From contig CAYGKO010000001.1 of the NCBI GenBank assembly GCA_964350735.1, positions 246,578 to 310,577 of the forward strand: DNA of 64,000 nt, given 5' to 3'. The stretch is from an uncultured Candidatus Saccharibacteria bacterium (GTDB taxonomy: Bacteria; Patescibacteriota; Minisyncoccia; Phycocordibacterales; UBA918). Shown piece after piece: positions 27,422 to 37,244 of this stretch. Position 1 is the stretch's first letter; each line of letters opens with the position of its first letter. Below the pieces are notes generated by a model, which saw only the letters and a program-made list of their open reading frames with translations, searched no databases and had not been told where the DNA came from. Made by a program: the position numbers and the translations under genes.

Positions 27422-28513
27422 ATGATTGAAAAACCAGTCTCTCATAGAGAAAATTCCGAGAAAAGAAGAAGGAATATTGCAAAAATATTTGGTGCTTTTT
27501 TAGCTAGTCTGTCTCCGGAGGCAAAAGCTATAGAGATACCAGTCGATGCTAGCTGGTCTGAAGGTGCGGCGTTATTGCGGAATGCAGTTTTCGAGAAAGA
27601 AAATGAGCAGGCTGCCGTATTTGTGATTTCTGGATCGGGAGAAAGTGGTTGGGTATACGGAACCGAAGGAGATGAATACTCAGTGACGCGATTCAATGAT
27701 GAGATTGTAGAAAGCGCAGCGGGTAAAAAGTTACTGGCGGGTGAAGTTAAGCTGTGTCTAATTCACACGCATCCCAGGAGTCTTCCAGAGCCAGATTTCC
27801 AGATGGAGATTGGGCCATCAAGTCAAGATTTATATAACAATAATGACGATCGTCACTATTTTGACCTTGTCGAACTAGGCGCCTTTCCAGAATATGAAGA
27901 TCTTCATGCGCTTGAATCGTTTAACATAACTAAAGCAGTATTTACACCAAATGGAGTGTGGTACCACCAGTCAGCTGATTATAGTGCCCGACAAGCGTTT
28001 CTTCCGGCAGAGTATCCTAATGATGAACAGCATGCTGATTTAGGTAAGAAAGTCCAAGCTATGAGTTCACGTTTATTCAGAGATTTACTGGAGCAAGCAG
28101 AGAATCCGGAGCAAATATTTGAAAGTCTAATGGAAGAGAAGTTAGTTAATGAATTTGAATCTGACGAGGAGAAGAAGCGTTATCTGTTAGCAAGATTGAA
28201 GGGCAGAGTCAACCTTGCGTACCGAGGCGGTATTGCTGTAGCAGCTCAATCGCTCGCATTTTTGCACTTATGGGACAACCATCAAGAATTTAAAGATTTG
28301 ATTAAAACTAGTCGTTTATATATGGGATCACGTGGTTACTGGGAAGGTCAAGGCTGGAATATAGTTGATGATAACGATGGTGTTTTATCAGACGAAGAAA
28401 TTAGAAAAACGACCATGATGATTGCTACCACCGGTCAGCTTGGTCGGTTCGTAACTTACGAAGACTTAGTTAAGGAACCGGCCTGTGCTGGTGCTGAATT
28501 TCAACTGAACTAG
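27422..28513 (+). CDS. hypothetical protein with possible degenerate JAB/MPN-like metal motif (inserted in the spc operon)
   Basis: LCLIHTHPRS...GPSSQD resembles the RadC/JAB HxHPxG...PSxxD motif but with a 9-residue insertion; C-terminal about 200 aa acidic helical domain unknown. Confidence 0.5.
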   Translation: MIEKPVSHRENSEKRRRNIAKIFGAFLASLSPEAKAIEIPVDASWSEGAALLRNAVFEKENEQAAVFVISGSGESGWVYGTEGDEYSVTRFNDEIVESAAGKKLLAGEVKLCLIHTHPRSLPEPDFQMEIGPSSQDLYNNNDDRHYFDLVELGAFPEYEDLHALESFNITKAVFTPNGVWYHQSADYSARQAFLPAEYPNDEQHADLGKKVQAMSSRLFRDLLEQAENPEQIFESLMEEKLVNEFESDEEKKRYLLARLKGRVNLAYRGGIAVAAQSLAFLHLWDNHQEFKDLIKTSRLYMGSRGYWEGQGWNIVDDNDGVLSDEEIRKTTMMIATTGQLGRFVTYEDLVKEPACAGAEFQLN

Positions 28514-28696
28514 TGGCTTAATCACAAAGAGTAGTAATCTGTCAGATTGCATAAACACAAATCGCTGTAGCGGCAGGGAAGATTCGCCCCCTGCATGCAC
28601 GGCGGTTTTCTTTTTTAAATAATGGCTAGAAATATAGGTATTTTAATGGTATACTGCAGATACTAAATCTGACACTCACGAAAGGGAGGTCATCTC

Positions 28697-28942
28697 ATGC
28701 TGAAAATTGGCATTGCTATCGTCTTGATCGGTATGCTCATCTGGCTGCTGCAGTGGTTTGGCTACTTTATGCGGCGCTCATGGTATCGCCATGTGCCGAA
28801 GTTTCTGATCGCGAACGGCGCGTTTTTGCCTGTACCACTGCATCTCTGGGCTGACGGGCTCATCATTTTCATTCTCTGGATTCTTTTTCTGGAGGTTACC
28901 GATTGGTGGCGGGAACGTCGCCAGAAACTCAAGGAGGTCTGA
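28697..28942 (+). CDS. small 2-TM membrane protein
   Basis: SD AAAGGGAGG; two hydrophobic helices, basic C-terminus; own TGGTATACT promoter upstream. Confidence 0.55.
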   Translation: MLKIGIAIVLIGMLIWLLQWFGYFMRRSWYRHVPKFLIANGAFLPVPLHLWADGLIIFILWILFLEVTDWWRERRQKLKEV

Positions 28943-28967
28943 CCATGAACCCTTCAGGTTCTTTCGC

Positions 28968-28995
28968 TGCCGGAGCGTGCTCCGGCGGCTTTTTA
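28968..28995 (+). terminator. rho-independent terminator
   Basis: GCCGGAGCGTGCTCCGGCGGCTTTTT. Confidence 0.7.
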
Positions 28996-29055
28996 TTTGA
29001 GTCTCATGAAAAGTGGTGTTATGGTGGTCTCTATATATCTTAATCCTTATTATTT

Positions 29056-30423
29056 ATGCGCTACGTATCCATTTTCTTACTCTTCATCATGCTGCTTCCA
29101 GCTACTGCTTCAGCGCAGTCTGCTTCAGAAACCATGCTGCGCCAGCAACTGATTGCTTTGATTCAATCACTGCAGATCGAGTTGGCGGCCAGACTAGGGC
29201 AGCAGGGCATGCCAGTAGCAAACATTGACTCAGCTCGTTTACGTAGTCAGGATTTTTCAGAAGGGGTTAACTTTATCTATCCGGCCGATAAAGATTTTTC
29301 TTTCTATATGATTGAGAATGGTACTGAGTTTGGGGAAGATATCGATACGCGCTCGTGGCATATCGTATCCAACAATACATTGGTCGGAAATATCGACTTG
29401 GGCAACGAGTTGGTTAGTGAGGCATTTGAAGCGGCATTGGCAGTGGTGGAACTGGCGGCCATGTTTAGTGGCTTTTCTGACACCTCAATAGATATTGAGG
29501 ATCTGCCAAGGCAAAATGGGTACGACATCAAACATTTGGTAATTGAGGATGCTGGTGAAGTGGCCGGAACTTACATTGCTCAAAAAGAGCTTACCTACCG
29601 AGGGGAGTCATACATTGTTTTACTACGAATCGTGTACGGTAATTTAGAGAGCACACTTGAATCGGTAGCAGCACAATACGATACGGACTTTGATGATTTC
29701 TATTTCCCCACTAAGGCAGAAGCTCGCAACTTCTTCAACACAGTAGTGCGTGAAACAGAGTTTGATGTACGAGCAATCAGTCGGGTGATTGAAAATACTG
29801 ATGCTGAGTTGCGTGATTTGATTGAAGACGCGCGCGATGAAGGGCCAGAAGATGAAGAAGAATTTTCCGTTCGACCAGTAAGTAGAGCAGATCATTATCA
29901 AGGTAGTCTGAATGCAGAAGTGCAGTTGATTTCGTATATCGGCTTTGACGATCCATTTTCACGAAACTTGCACGAAACCCGGAGTCGAATTATGGATGAA
30001 TACGACGCACGTGAAGTGGTTTGGGTATATCGAAATTTTCCGATTGCTCAGTTACATCCAAATGGTCCAGCATTGGCAGCAGCAGCAGAGTGTGTGGCGA
30101 CTGAAGGAGGAAACACAGCGTACTGGAAGTTCGTTGATAAGATCTTCTCAGATCGCACTGCGTCAGCAAAAACGGACATGGACGACCTCCCGTCCTACGC
30201 CCGCAGTGCGGGAGTCTCCACCAGTCGATTTAATACGTGTGTTGAAGAAGGGGAAACTGAAGCTGTGGTCACTGCAGACTTTGAAGAAGGGGTAGCAGCT
30301 GGAGTAGTTGGGACACCGCATACCGTGGTGATTGTTGGTGATAAAAAAGGTGTTATTAACGGTGCTCAGCCGTATGCAGTTGTGAAGCAGACAATTGATA
30401 ACTTGCTTATGCAGTTAGACTAG
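29056..30423 (+). CDS. secreted DsbA-like thioredoxin-fold protein with degenerate active site (DPFS instead of CxxC), long N-terminal unknown domain
   Basis: Signal peptide MRYVSIFLLFIMLLPATASA. C-terminal about 170 aa match the DsbA/BdbD layout (EVQLISYIGFDDPFSRNLHET...VVGTPHTVVIVGDKKGVINGAQP) with the catalytic CPxC replaced by DPFS. Confidence 0.6.
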   Translation: MRYVSIFLLFIMLLPATASAQSASETMLRQQLIALIQSLQIELAARLGQQGMPVANIDSARLRSQDFSEGVNFIYPADKDFSFYMIENGTEFGEDIDTRSWHIVSNNTLVGNIDLGNELVSEAFEAALAVVELAAMFSGFSDTSIDIEDLPRQNGYDIKHLVIEDAGEVAGTYIAQKELTYRGESYIVLLRIVYGNLESTLESVAAQYDTDFDDFYFPTKAEARNFFNTVVRETEFDVRAISRVIENTDAELRDLIEDARDEGPEDEEEFSVRPVSRADHYQGSLNAEVQLISYIGFDDPFSRNLHETRSRIMDEYDAREVVWVYRNFPIAQLHPNGPALAAAAECVATEGGNTAYWKFVDKIFSDRTASAKTDMDDLPSYARSAGVSTSRFNTCVEEGETEAVVTADFEEGVAAGVVGTPHTVVIVGDKKGVINGAQPYAVVKQTIDNLLMQLD

Positions 30424-30452
30424 GGAGGTACAGAGTAGATGCTATAAAACGC

Positions 30453-30480
30453 TTGAATTTCTATGAAAAACCCGTATAGT
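30453..30480 (+). promoter_or_regulatory. promoter for the rpsN-secY block
   Basis: TTGAAT-N16-TATAGT, followed by two small leader hairpins (CTGACTgtcgAGTCAG; TCGGCgattactaGCCGA). Confidence 0.45.
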
Positions 30481-30579
30481 AGGGCCACTTCGCGCTGACT
30501 GTCGAGTCAGACGAGTAATTAAAAGCGTTGTGAGTCGGCGATTACTAGCCGATACCACAGCACCATAAGATCAACCTAA

Positions 30580-30765
30580 ATGGCACGAAAAGCAATTGAG
30601 GTGCGCGCTAGCCGTGTACCAAAATACAAGTGTCGGGTAGTCCGTCGATGTTCTCTCTGTAGCCGTAAGCGCGGGTACATGCGAGATTTCGACATGTGTC
30701 GTATTTGCTTTAGAGAGCAAGCACACGAAGGGCATATCCCGGGTGTTACAAAATCATCATGGTAA
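30580..30765 (+). CDS. rpsN: 30S ribosomal protein S14 type Z (zinc-binding)
   Basis: 61 aa, [29 protein letters not shown] with two CxxC pairs. Confidence 0.9.
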   Translation: MARKAIEVRASRVPKYKCRVVRRCSLCSRKRGYMRDFDMCRICFREQAHEGHIPGVTKSSW

Positions 30766-31157
30766 GCGATACAGTTGGAGACTTCATCATTCAGTTGAAG
30801 AATGCCGGCGCTGTCAATAAGACAGAAGTGACGCTACCGTATTCGAAACTGAAACACGCAATCGCAACGAAGCTTAGCGAAGCTGGCTACGTAGCAGATG
30901 TAAAAACAGCAGGGAAGGACGTAGTGAGCAAAAAGCTCGCTGTCACATTAAAGTACGACGCAGGAGGCCGTCATCACATCAATGGTGTGAAGCGTGTTTC
31001 TAAACCTGGTCGACGTTTGTACATGGGCGTATCGGAAATTCATCCGATTAAATTTGGTAAAGGGAATCTCATCCTTTCAACCCCAGCGGGTATTTTGACT
31101 GAGCAAGAAGCTCGGGAAAAGAATGTGGGTGGTGAGCAACTCTTTATAATCTGGTAA
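30759..31157 (+). CDS. rpsH: 30S ribosomal protein S8
   Basis: [14 protein letters not shown]...[28 protein letters not shown]. Confidence 0.9.
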   Translation: MVSDTVGDFIIQLKNAGAVNKTEVTLPYSKLKHAIATKLSEAGYVADVKTAGKDVVSKKLAVTLKYDAGGRHHINGVKRVSKPGRRLYMGVSEIHPIKFGKGNLILSTPAGILTEQEAREKNVGGEQLFIIW

Positions 31158-31159
31158 GT

Positions 31160-31693
31160 ATGAGTCGACTTGGAAAACTCCCTATAGCCATCCCGGCTGG
31201 AGTAGAAATCAATAACACTGACGCTGTCCTGACAGTAAAAGGTCCAAAAGGAACTTTGACTCGGCCAGTACATGCTGATGTATCAGTTACCGTGGGAGAA
31301 GAGGGTGTCACCGTGGCACCGCTAAAAGAAACGAAGCTATCAAAGTCACTCTGGGGTACATTTGCTGCTCACGTTATCAATATGATGACTGGTGTGACTG
31401 AAGGTTTTGAAAAGAAGCTAGAAATTGAAGGAGTGGGATACCGAGCTGAGATGAAGGGACGAACCTTGGTCTTAAGTGTTGGATTTTCACACCCCGTAGA
31501 ACTTGAAGTACCAGAAGGTCTTGAAGCTGTCGTTGAAAAGAGCGTGATCACGATCACTGGTTCTGACAAAGACGTACTCGGACAATTTGCGGCGAATGTT
31601 CGCAAAGTGAAGAAGCCTGAACCATACAAAGGAAAGGGTATTCGCTATCAAGGTGAATATATTATTCGTAAGCAAGGTAAGAAGGCTGTCTAG
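31160..31693 (+). CDS. rplF: 50S ribosomal protein L6
   Basis: MSRLGKLPIAIPAGVEIN...two L6 alpha/beta repeats. Confidence 0.9.
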   Translation: MSRLGKLPIAIPAGVEINNTDAVLTVKGPKGTLTRPVHADVSVTVGEEGVTVAPLKETKLSKSLWGTFAAHVINMMTGVTEGFEKKLEIEGVGYRAEMKGRTLVLSVGFSHPVELEVPEGLEAVVEKSVITITGSDKDVLGQFAANVRKVKKPEPYKGKGIRYQGEYIIRKQGKKAV

Positions 31694-31720
31694 TCACTTC
31701 TTCAATAAGTTGAAATTCAT

Positions 31721-32071
31721 ATGAACAAAACCCAACAAAAAGTGGCCAAGCGAACCTCACGACACGCTCGCATTCGAGCTAAAGTGATTGGTTCTGCCGC
31801 GCGACCGCGACTTGCCGTGTTTCGAAGTAATAAATTTCTTTACGCACAACTCATCGATGATGAGTCTGCAAAAACTATTGGCTCAGCTGATACACGCTCA
31901 TCAAAGGCTAAGACAGCCGCTGAACGAGCAGCTGAAATCGCCAAGAGTATTGCAGAGCAAGCTAAAAAAGCTGGAGCAGAAAGCGTAGTGTTTGACCGAG
32001 GCGGCTTCCCGTACAAGGGTACTATCGCTATCTTTGCTGACGCTGCACGAGAGGCTGGACTTACATTCTAG
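31721..32071 (+). CDS. rplR: 50S ribosomal protein L18
   Basis: RHARIRAKVIGSAARPRLAVFRSNKFLYAQLIDD...VFDRGGFPYKGTIAIFADAAREAGL. Confidence 0.9.
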   Translation: MNKTQQKVAKRTSRHARIRAKVIGSAARPRLAVFRSNKFLYAQLIDDESAKTIGSADTRSSKAKTAAERAAEIAKSIAEQAKKAGAESVVFDRGGFPYKGTIAIFADAAREAGLTF

Positions 32072-32106
32072 TCACTACCATTTATTAATTTCTAAGAAAC
32101 AATATT

Positions 32107-32778
32107 GTGTCTGAAGAAAAAAAGCAGGAAGCTACAACTGAAGCTGCAGTGAAAGCCGCAGCTCCCGAAGCAACTGACGCTGCACCCGCAGCGGCCGCTT
32201 CAACTGATGCACCTGCCGCAACCGCCACAAAAGCTGCTGAGACAACTGAACGTCCAGCGCGCCGAGGCGGACGTGGTGGTGATCGAAATGACAAGCGCAA
32301 CCCTCGCCGACCACGACGTGGTGGCCGACGTGAAGAACGAGCTCGTCCAGAGTACGACCAGAAGATCGTGAGTATCCGACGTGTTACTCGTGTGATGGCT
32401 GGAGGACGACGATTCTCATTCTCGGTATCTATGGTGATTGGAGATAAGAAAGGAAAGGTGGGAGTTGGAGTAGGAAAGGCTGGTGATACGCAACTAGCGA
32501 TTGAAAAAGCCATGCGTGCCGCTAAGAAAAACCTGATCCAAGTACCAATGAACAAAGATCATCACATCCCACATGATGTGCAGGTGAAGTATGCTTCAAG
32601 TGAAGTAATGATCATGCCAGCACCAGGTCGCGGACTCGTGGCTGGTAGCTCAGTACGTACCGTACTTGAGTTGGCTGGAGTAACAGATGTTACAGCGAAG
32701 ATCTTCTCTCGAAGTAAGAACAAGCTTAACAATGCGAAGGCTGCTGTCGAGGCCTTGAAGCAACTAAAGAACTCATAA
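32107..32778 (+). CDS. rpsE: 30S ribosomal protein S5 with about 80 aa Ala/Pro/Thr/Arg-rich N-terminal extension (GTG start)
   Basis: Core VSIRRVTRVMAGGRRFSFSVSMVIGDKKGKVGVGVGKAGD...; extension MSEEKKQEATTEAAVKAAAPEATDAAPAAAAS...RRGGRGGDRNDKRNPRRPRRGGRRE. Confidence 0.9.
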   Translation: MSEEKKQEATTEAAVKAAAPEATDAAPAAAASTDAPAATATKAAETTERPARRGGRGGDRNDKRNPRRPRRGGRREERARPEYDQKIVSIRRVTRVMAGGRRFSFSVSMVIGDKKGKVGVGVGKAGDTQLAIEKAMRAAKKNLIQVPMNKDHHIPHDVQVKYASSEVMIMPAPGRGLVAGSSVRTVLELAGVTDVTAKIFSRSKNKLNNAKAAVEALKQLKNS

Positions 32779-32779
32779 T

Positions 32780-33223
32780 ATGCAACTACACGAACTAAAA
32801 CCAACCTCTCCTCGAAAGAGCGCAAAGCGGGTTGGACGTGGAGGTAAGCGGGGAAAAACTTCAGGTAAGGGTCACAAAGGACAGAATGCTCGAGCTGGTA
32901 ACAGTGGGCGGCCTGAAATGCGTGAGCAGATCAAGAAGATTCCTAAGCTGCGTGGACACGGTGTAAACCGAGCGAAGACAGTGAACAGTGAACGAGAATT
33001 ACCGATGGTACTGAACGTGTCAGCTCTCGAAGCTTTCGAAGGTACTGACGTTAGTCCAAAGACACTCGTTGCTGCCGGTCTTATCGCTACTAAGCGAAAG
33101 CGAGTACCAGCAGTTAAAATCTTAGGTTCTGGTGATCTCACCAAGAAGCTTAGTGTGACTGGCTGTACTGTATCTAAGACAGCAAAAGAGAAGATTGAAA
33201 AGGCTGGCGGATCAGTAGCATAA
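32780..33223 (+). CDS. rplO: 50S ribosomal protein L15 (no L30 gene between S5 and L15)
   Basis: MQLHELKPTSPRKSAKRVGRGGKRGKTSGKGHKGQ. Confidence 0.9.
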   Translation: MQLHELKPTSPRKSAKRVGRGGKRGKTSGKGHKGQNARAGNSGRPEMREQIKKIPKLRGHGVNRAKTVNSERELPMVLNVSALEAFEGTDVSPKTLVAAGLIATKRKRVPAVKILGSGDLTKKLSVTGCTVSKTAKEKIEKAGGSVA

Positions 33224-33238
33224 GGTATACTACTGCTT

Positions 33239-34510
33239 ATGCAAACATTTTTCCGAAAGTTAAAAATCGTTGTCACAGACAGCACGATTCGTAATCGAGT
33301 ACTCTTTGTACTCGGTGCGCTGGTGATCTTCCGAGCACTGGCAGCGATCCCGATTCCAGGTGTTGATGCTATCGTACTGGAGCAGTTTTTCTCAAATAAC
33401 CAATTCCTTGGTTTGCTGAACATCTTCTCCGGTGGTGGATTGGCTAACCTTTCATTGGTAATGATTGGTGTTGGTCCGTTTATTACCGCTTCAATCATCA
33501 TGCAATTGATGACAGTAATGAGTCCTCGTCTGAAGAGTATTCATACTGAAGAAGGGGAGGCGGGTCGAGCAAAGTTCACCCAATACGTGCGTATGCTCAC
33601 ACTGCCACTGGCTATCCTACAAGCGTTTGGTTTCCTTACGCTCTTGCAAAGTCAGGGAGTAATCGCTGGATTGTCGCAGTTCCAGTTCATTGTGAACGTG
33701 GTGCTGATCGTATCTGGTTCGATTCTGTTGATGTGGATCGGTGAATTGGTGACGGAGTATGGTATCGGAAATGGTGTCTCTATCATCATCTTTGCTGGTA
33801 TTGTGGCTACTTTGCCAGCGACAGCTAGTCAGCTCGCGTTCGGATTTACTTCGACACAGCTGCCAATCTACGTTGGATTTGGACTGATGACTCTCGCGGT
33901 TATCTACGCAGTAGTCTTTATGACTGAAGCGGAACGTCCGGTACCCATCACGTACGCCAAGCAGAGTCGAGGTGGGAAGACCTATGGTGGTACGCAATCA
34001 TACTTGCCGCTACGTCTGAATCAGGCTGGAGTGATCCCAATCATTTTTGCCCTCTCGATTCTATTGTTCCCACAAATGCTATTGAACATCTTGGCTAGCT
34101 TCGATGTGCCAGGAGTGGCAAATTGGAGTAATCAAATTCTTGGTTTCTTCAATAATATCCCACTCTACGCCGCAGTTTATTTCCTTCTGGTATTCCTCTT
34201 CACTTTCTTCTACACAGCAGTGACGTTTGACCCAGAAGCGATCTCAAAGAATTTGCAGCGAAATGGTGCGTTTGTACCGGGAGTTCGACCAGGTGGCGCA
34301 ACAGCCGAATACCTCGGTAACGTGATCACACGACTTACCTTGGTTGGAGCATCGTTCCTCGGACTCGTCGCGGTGTTACCGCTTGGTATGCAGATTGCAA
34401 CTGGTGTGGCCGCACTCGCGATTGGAGGAACGGCACTCTTGATTGCAGTATCGGTAGTGCTTGACCTCGTTCGTCGTATTGACGCACAGGTTTCACTCCG
34501 AGAGTACTAA
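33239..34510 (+). CDS. secY: preprotein translocase SecY
   Basis: 423 aa, 10 TM, IRNRVLFVLGALVIFRALAAIPIPGVD... Confidence 0.95.
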   Translation: MQTFFRKLKIVVTDSTIRNRVLFVLGALVIFRALAAIPIPGVDAIVLEQFFSNNQFLGLLNIFSGGGLANLSLVMIGVGPFITASIIMQLMTVMSPRLKSIHTEEGEAGRAKFTQYVRMLTLPLAILQAFGFLTLLQSQGVIAGLSQFQFIVNVVLIVSGSILLMWIGELVTEYGIGNGVSIIIFAGIVATLPATASQLAFGFTSTQLPIYVGFGLMTLAVIYAVVFMTEAERPVPITYAKQSRGGKTYGGTQSYLPLRLNQAGVIPIIFALSILLFPQMLLNILASFDVPGVANWSNQILGFFNNIPLYAAVYFLLVFLFTFFYTAVTFDPEAISKNLQRNGAFVPGVRPGGATAEYLGNVITRLTLVGASFLGLVAVLPLGMQIATGVAALAIGGTALLIAVSVVLDLVRRIDAQVSLREY

Positions 34511-34549
34511 TCAAAGTCGCAAAATCACTACGCCTACTTCGTTAGGCTA

Positions 34550-34596
34550 CGAAAAAATCTCCTCACTGGGCATCTGCCCCATTCGGGGATTTTTTC
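34550..34596 (+). terminator. secY terminator hairpin
   Basis: GAAAAAATC...(inner CCCCattcGGGG)...GATTTTTTC. Confidence 0.55.
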
Positions 34597-34767
34597 TTGC
34601 CCGCCTCGTATCCGCAGCAATTTTGTGACTTTGAACATCACTTCATTTGCTTTGTTACCCTTCGTGAAATAGTCCTCACCGTACTCTTGTACCACTCGAA
34701 TTATTTCACTCGTGCTTCGCGCCACTAAAGCAATTTTCTATTCACTCCTAAATCTAGAAAACTCTAC

Positions 34768-34802
34768 ACAAAAGAGTGACGCCCGGGGCGCCACTCTTTT
34801 GT
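34768..34802. terminator. long hairpin
   Basis: ACAAAAGAGTG-acgccccggggcgc-CACTCTTTTGT. Confidence 0.5.
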
Positions 34803-34862
34803 GTTTGCTTAAATTAAGCTGGTCTTGTATGGTTCATAAAGATTATTGAAAGGAGCTGTACG

Positions 34863-35321
34863 ATGGACTCAGTTGAAACTAAGTTTGGAGTAGTTAATTT
34901 ATTGGAAAGCATAGACTGTAGTTTGCTTAGAGGCACTTGGATTCAGCTGAAAGAACATTCTGGTAAGGTTGCTTTAGAAGTACCAATCGATCGTGTACTT
35001 TCAGCATCAGATCGATTCATCTGCGTTTCGTTAGATTGTGTAGATAACTTATTTTTTCAACCGTTGGCAATTCTTTTTGTTGCAGGCCCAACTGAGTTGA
35101 GGGTTCCGTATGCAGTTGATGATGGTCTTGGGAAAGCGCTTATGTCTGCCTCAGTCATCTCAAGTGTTAGCTTAGGACAAAGTTACTGCGAAGGTATGGC
35201 TGCATTCACGATTGATGGGACCGAAAGTTTTTTACTAGATCATCGTCAGTTCAGCAAAACGGGTGTAGTCACTACAACCCCGATAGTTAGTTCATCAAGT
35301 CGAAGATGGTGGTCATCATGA
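34863..35321 (+). CDS. hypothetical protein
   Basis: Good SD GAAAGGAG; 152 aa; no recognisable motif; Ser-rich C-terminus. Confidence 0.45.
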   Translation: MDSVETKFGVVNLLESIDCSLLRGTWIQLKEHSGKVALEVPIDRVLSASDRFICVSLDCVDNLFFQPLAILFVAGPTELRVPYAVDDGLGKALMSASVISSVSLGQSYCEGMAAFTIDGTESFLLDHRQFSKTGVVTTTPIVSSSSRRWWSS

Positions 35322-35355
35322 GGGTGTGTGCAGGCAATTGTGCCAGCACACACCC
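35322..35355. terminator. bidirectional hairpin between convergent genes
   Basis: GGGTGTGTGC-aggcaattgtgccA-GCACACACCC. Confidence 0.6.
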
Positions 35356-35356
35356 A

Positions 35357-35989
35357 TTAATAACTATTCTTATGTGAATACCCAAGCGGTACTTCCGAAT
35401 GCACCGGTTCCCAAGTTTCACTGGTGAGCCATTTTTTATAAAAATCAAAGACGGTGAGGGCGACGGTCTGAGGGCTGTGGCGTGAGGTGTTGATCACTAA
35501 GTCGAAGTGCTGGGTGTTGTAAGGATCAACGCCGTACATCGAACGATAACGCCGTTGTTCGTTCGCTACCCGTTCTTGCACTTGCTTGGCCACCTCACCA
35601 ATAGTGCTTGCTCTACCAGCGCCACTTGCTCGACTAGCGTTTTCAGTGGAGTCACTAAAAATACGGGCCGTAGCGACGTCCATATCGAGATCCAAGAAAA
35701 CTTTAAATGATTCAGGGATCCAATAAAAACCTAGCCGAGAGTCAACAATAATATCGTTCTTTTTACGGAGCTCACGAAGCTGCTCGTCAATCTCATGGTC
35801 CAGAGCATGATCATCGGCTGCTTGTTTGTTAAATTCTGCCAGCGTCATATTCTTCTGGTCCAACATTTTTCGCACCATATTCCCCGATGAAAAGCGGGTA
35901 TAACCCAACAGCTCAGCTACTTTGTCAGCGGTAGATGATTTCCCGCTACCAGGACGACCAGAGAGCGTGATGAGGTGTTTCTTTTCCAT
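35357..35989 (-). CDS. cmk: cytidylate kinase-like P-loop NMP kinase
   Basis: ITLSGRPGSGKSS...LGY...SSGNMVR (CMP kinase NMP-binding), DSRLGFYW, RYRSMYGVDP. Confidence 0.65.
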   Translation of the reverse strand: MEKKHLITLSGRPGSGKSSTADKVAELLGYTRFSSGNMVRKMLDQKNMTLAEFNKQAADDHALDHEIDEQLRELRKKNDIIVDSRLGFYWIPESFKVFLDLDMDVATARIFSDSTENASRASGAGRASTIGEVAKQVQERVANEQRRYRSMYGVDPYNTQHFDLVINTSRHSPQTVALTVFDFYKKWLTSETWEPVHSEVPLGYSHKNSY

Positions 35990-36058
35990 AATTTGCTACA
36001 GCATACCATTCTCCAGACCTTCTTGCAGAAGCTGTAAAAATTGCTACTCTAGAGGCTC

Positions 36059-36646
36059 ATGGAAAACGTACAAGGTCACCTCGTGCTACTGATGGCACCA
36101 TCAGGTAGTGGGAAAAAGATGATGGTTGATGGTCTCGGAGAGACTGCAGATGAATTGCTTTTTATTAAAACCTATACCAGTCGCGCCAAACGCGAAGGTA
36201 CAGATGAGAATCCTAAGTACGAGTTTGTCTCACTGGCAGAGTTCGAACAAATGATTGAGGACGATACGTTTGTTGAGTGGGCAAATTTTAGCGGAAATCT
36301 GTATGGTACTTCAAAGTTAGAAATTGCCGAATATTTGAAAGAAAAGAAAGTGGCATTTAAAGAGATGGAGCTGCAAGGAGTGAATCAGATAAAAAATCTC
36401 TTTCCCAAAGAGAATATCTCAGTGATCTATATTGATGCGGGAGATTGGTCACAGCTTGAAACGCGCATTTTAGCTCGGGCAGCGATTTCTGATGAAGAGC
36501 TTGAATTACGTCGACTGCGCTATGAAGAAGAGGCGAAGTTTAAAGACCAAGCAGACATCATCATTAGTAATAAAAATGGTGAAGGAGAAAAGGCACAAGC
36601 AGAATTTAGAAAAGTTATTAAAGAAATTGTAGACTCACTTAAGTAA
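36059..36646 (+). CDS. gmk: guanylate kinase
   Basis: LMAPSGSGKKMM...TYTSRAKREGTDENPKYEFVSLAEFEQMIEDDTFVEWANFSGNLYGT. Confidence 0.75.
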   Translation: MENVQGHLVLLMAPSGSGKKMMVDGLGETADELLFIKTYTSRAKREGTDENPKYEFVSLAEFEQMIEDDTFVEWANFSGNLYGTSKLEIAEYLKEKKVAFKEMELQGVNQIKNLFPKENISVIYIDAGDWSQLETRILARAAISDEELELRRLRYEEEAKFKDQADIIISNKNGEGEKAQAEFRKVIKEIVDSLK

Positions 36647-36650
36647 ATCC

Positions 36651-37235
36651 ATGCAAACACAAACCGTTATATTTTTTGGCCCCCAGGGGAGTGGAAAGGG
36701 CACGCAAGCGCGTAATCTACTAAAGTATCTTCGTGAGAACGACGAGTCTCCAGTGGTAGATCTTGAGACTGGTCGCGGGTTTCGTACTATGGCCCAATCT
36801 GAAAGCTATACTGGAGAGCGAGTCCGGCAAATTCTTGCTGATGGTGAGCTGGTACCAAATTTCTTAACTTCGAGTATTGTCATGACTGAGGTGGCCGAGC
36901 GATTGACTGAAGACAGTCACTTAGTGATCGATGGTTTTCCGCGCAACTTAGATCAAGCGCGCGTGTTGGAACAGATGTTGGCATTTTATAAGCGTACAAA
37001 TTTGACTGTCATATGCCTTGATGTAGCCAATGAGATAGTGGTTGAACGTATGCAAAGTCGGGGTCGGGCTGATGATACGCCGGAGTTAATTGCGGAACGA
37101 TTGCGCTTGTATCATGACCAGACCAAGCCACTCACAGACCACTATGAAGGACGTCCCGAGACTAACTTTATTCACGTTGACGGCGGTCAATCGATCGACG
37201 CAGTGTGGGAGGAAATTAGATCTCGATTAGTATAA
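36651..37235 (+). CDS. adk: adenylate kinase (short form)
   Basis: IFFGPQGSGKGTQA...IDGFPRNLDQA...RADDTPE. Confidence 0.85.
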   Translation: MQTQTVIFFGPQGSGKGTQARNLLKYLRENDESPVVDLETGRGFRTMAQSESYTGERVRQILADGELVPNFLTSSIVMTEVAERLTEDSHLVIDGFPRNLDQARVLEQMLAFYKRTNLTVICLDVANEIVVERMQSRGRADDTPELIAERLRLYHDQTKPLTDHYEGRPETNFIHVDGGQSIDAVWEEIRSRLV

Positions 37236-37244
37236 AGTACCCCT

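Noticed and set aside
34534-34725. 63 aa minus-strand ORF in the secY downstream region
   Set aside because: GTG start without SD, and its 3' end runs through the secY terminator hairpin; more likely non-coding spacer.
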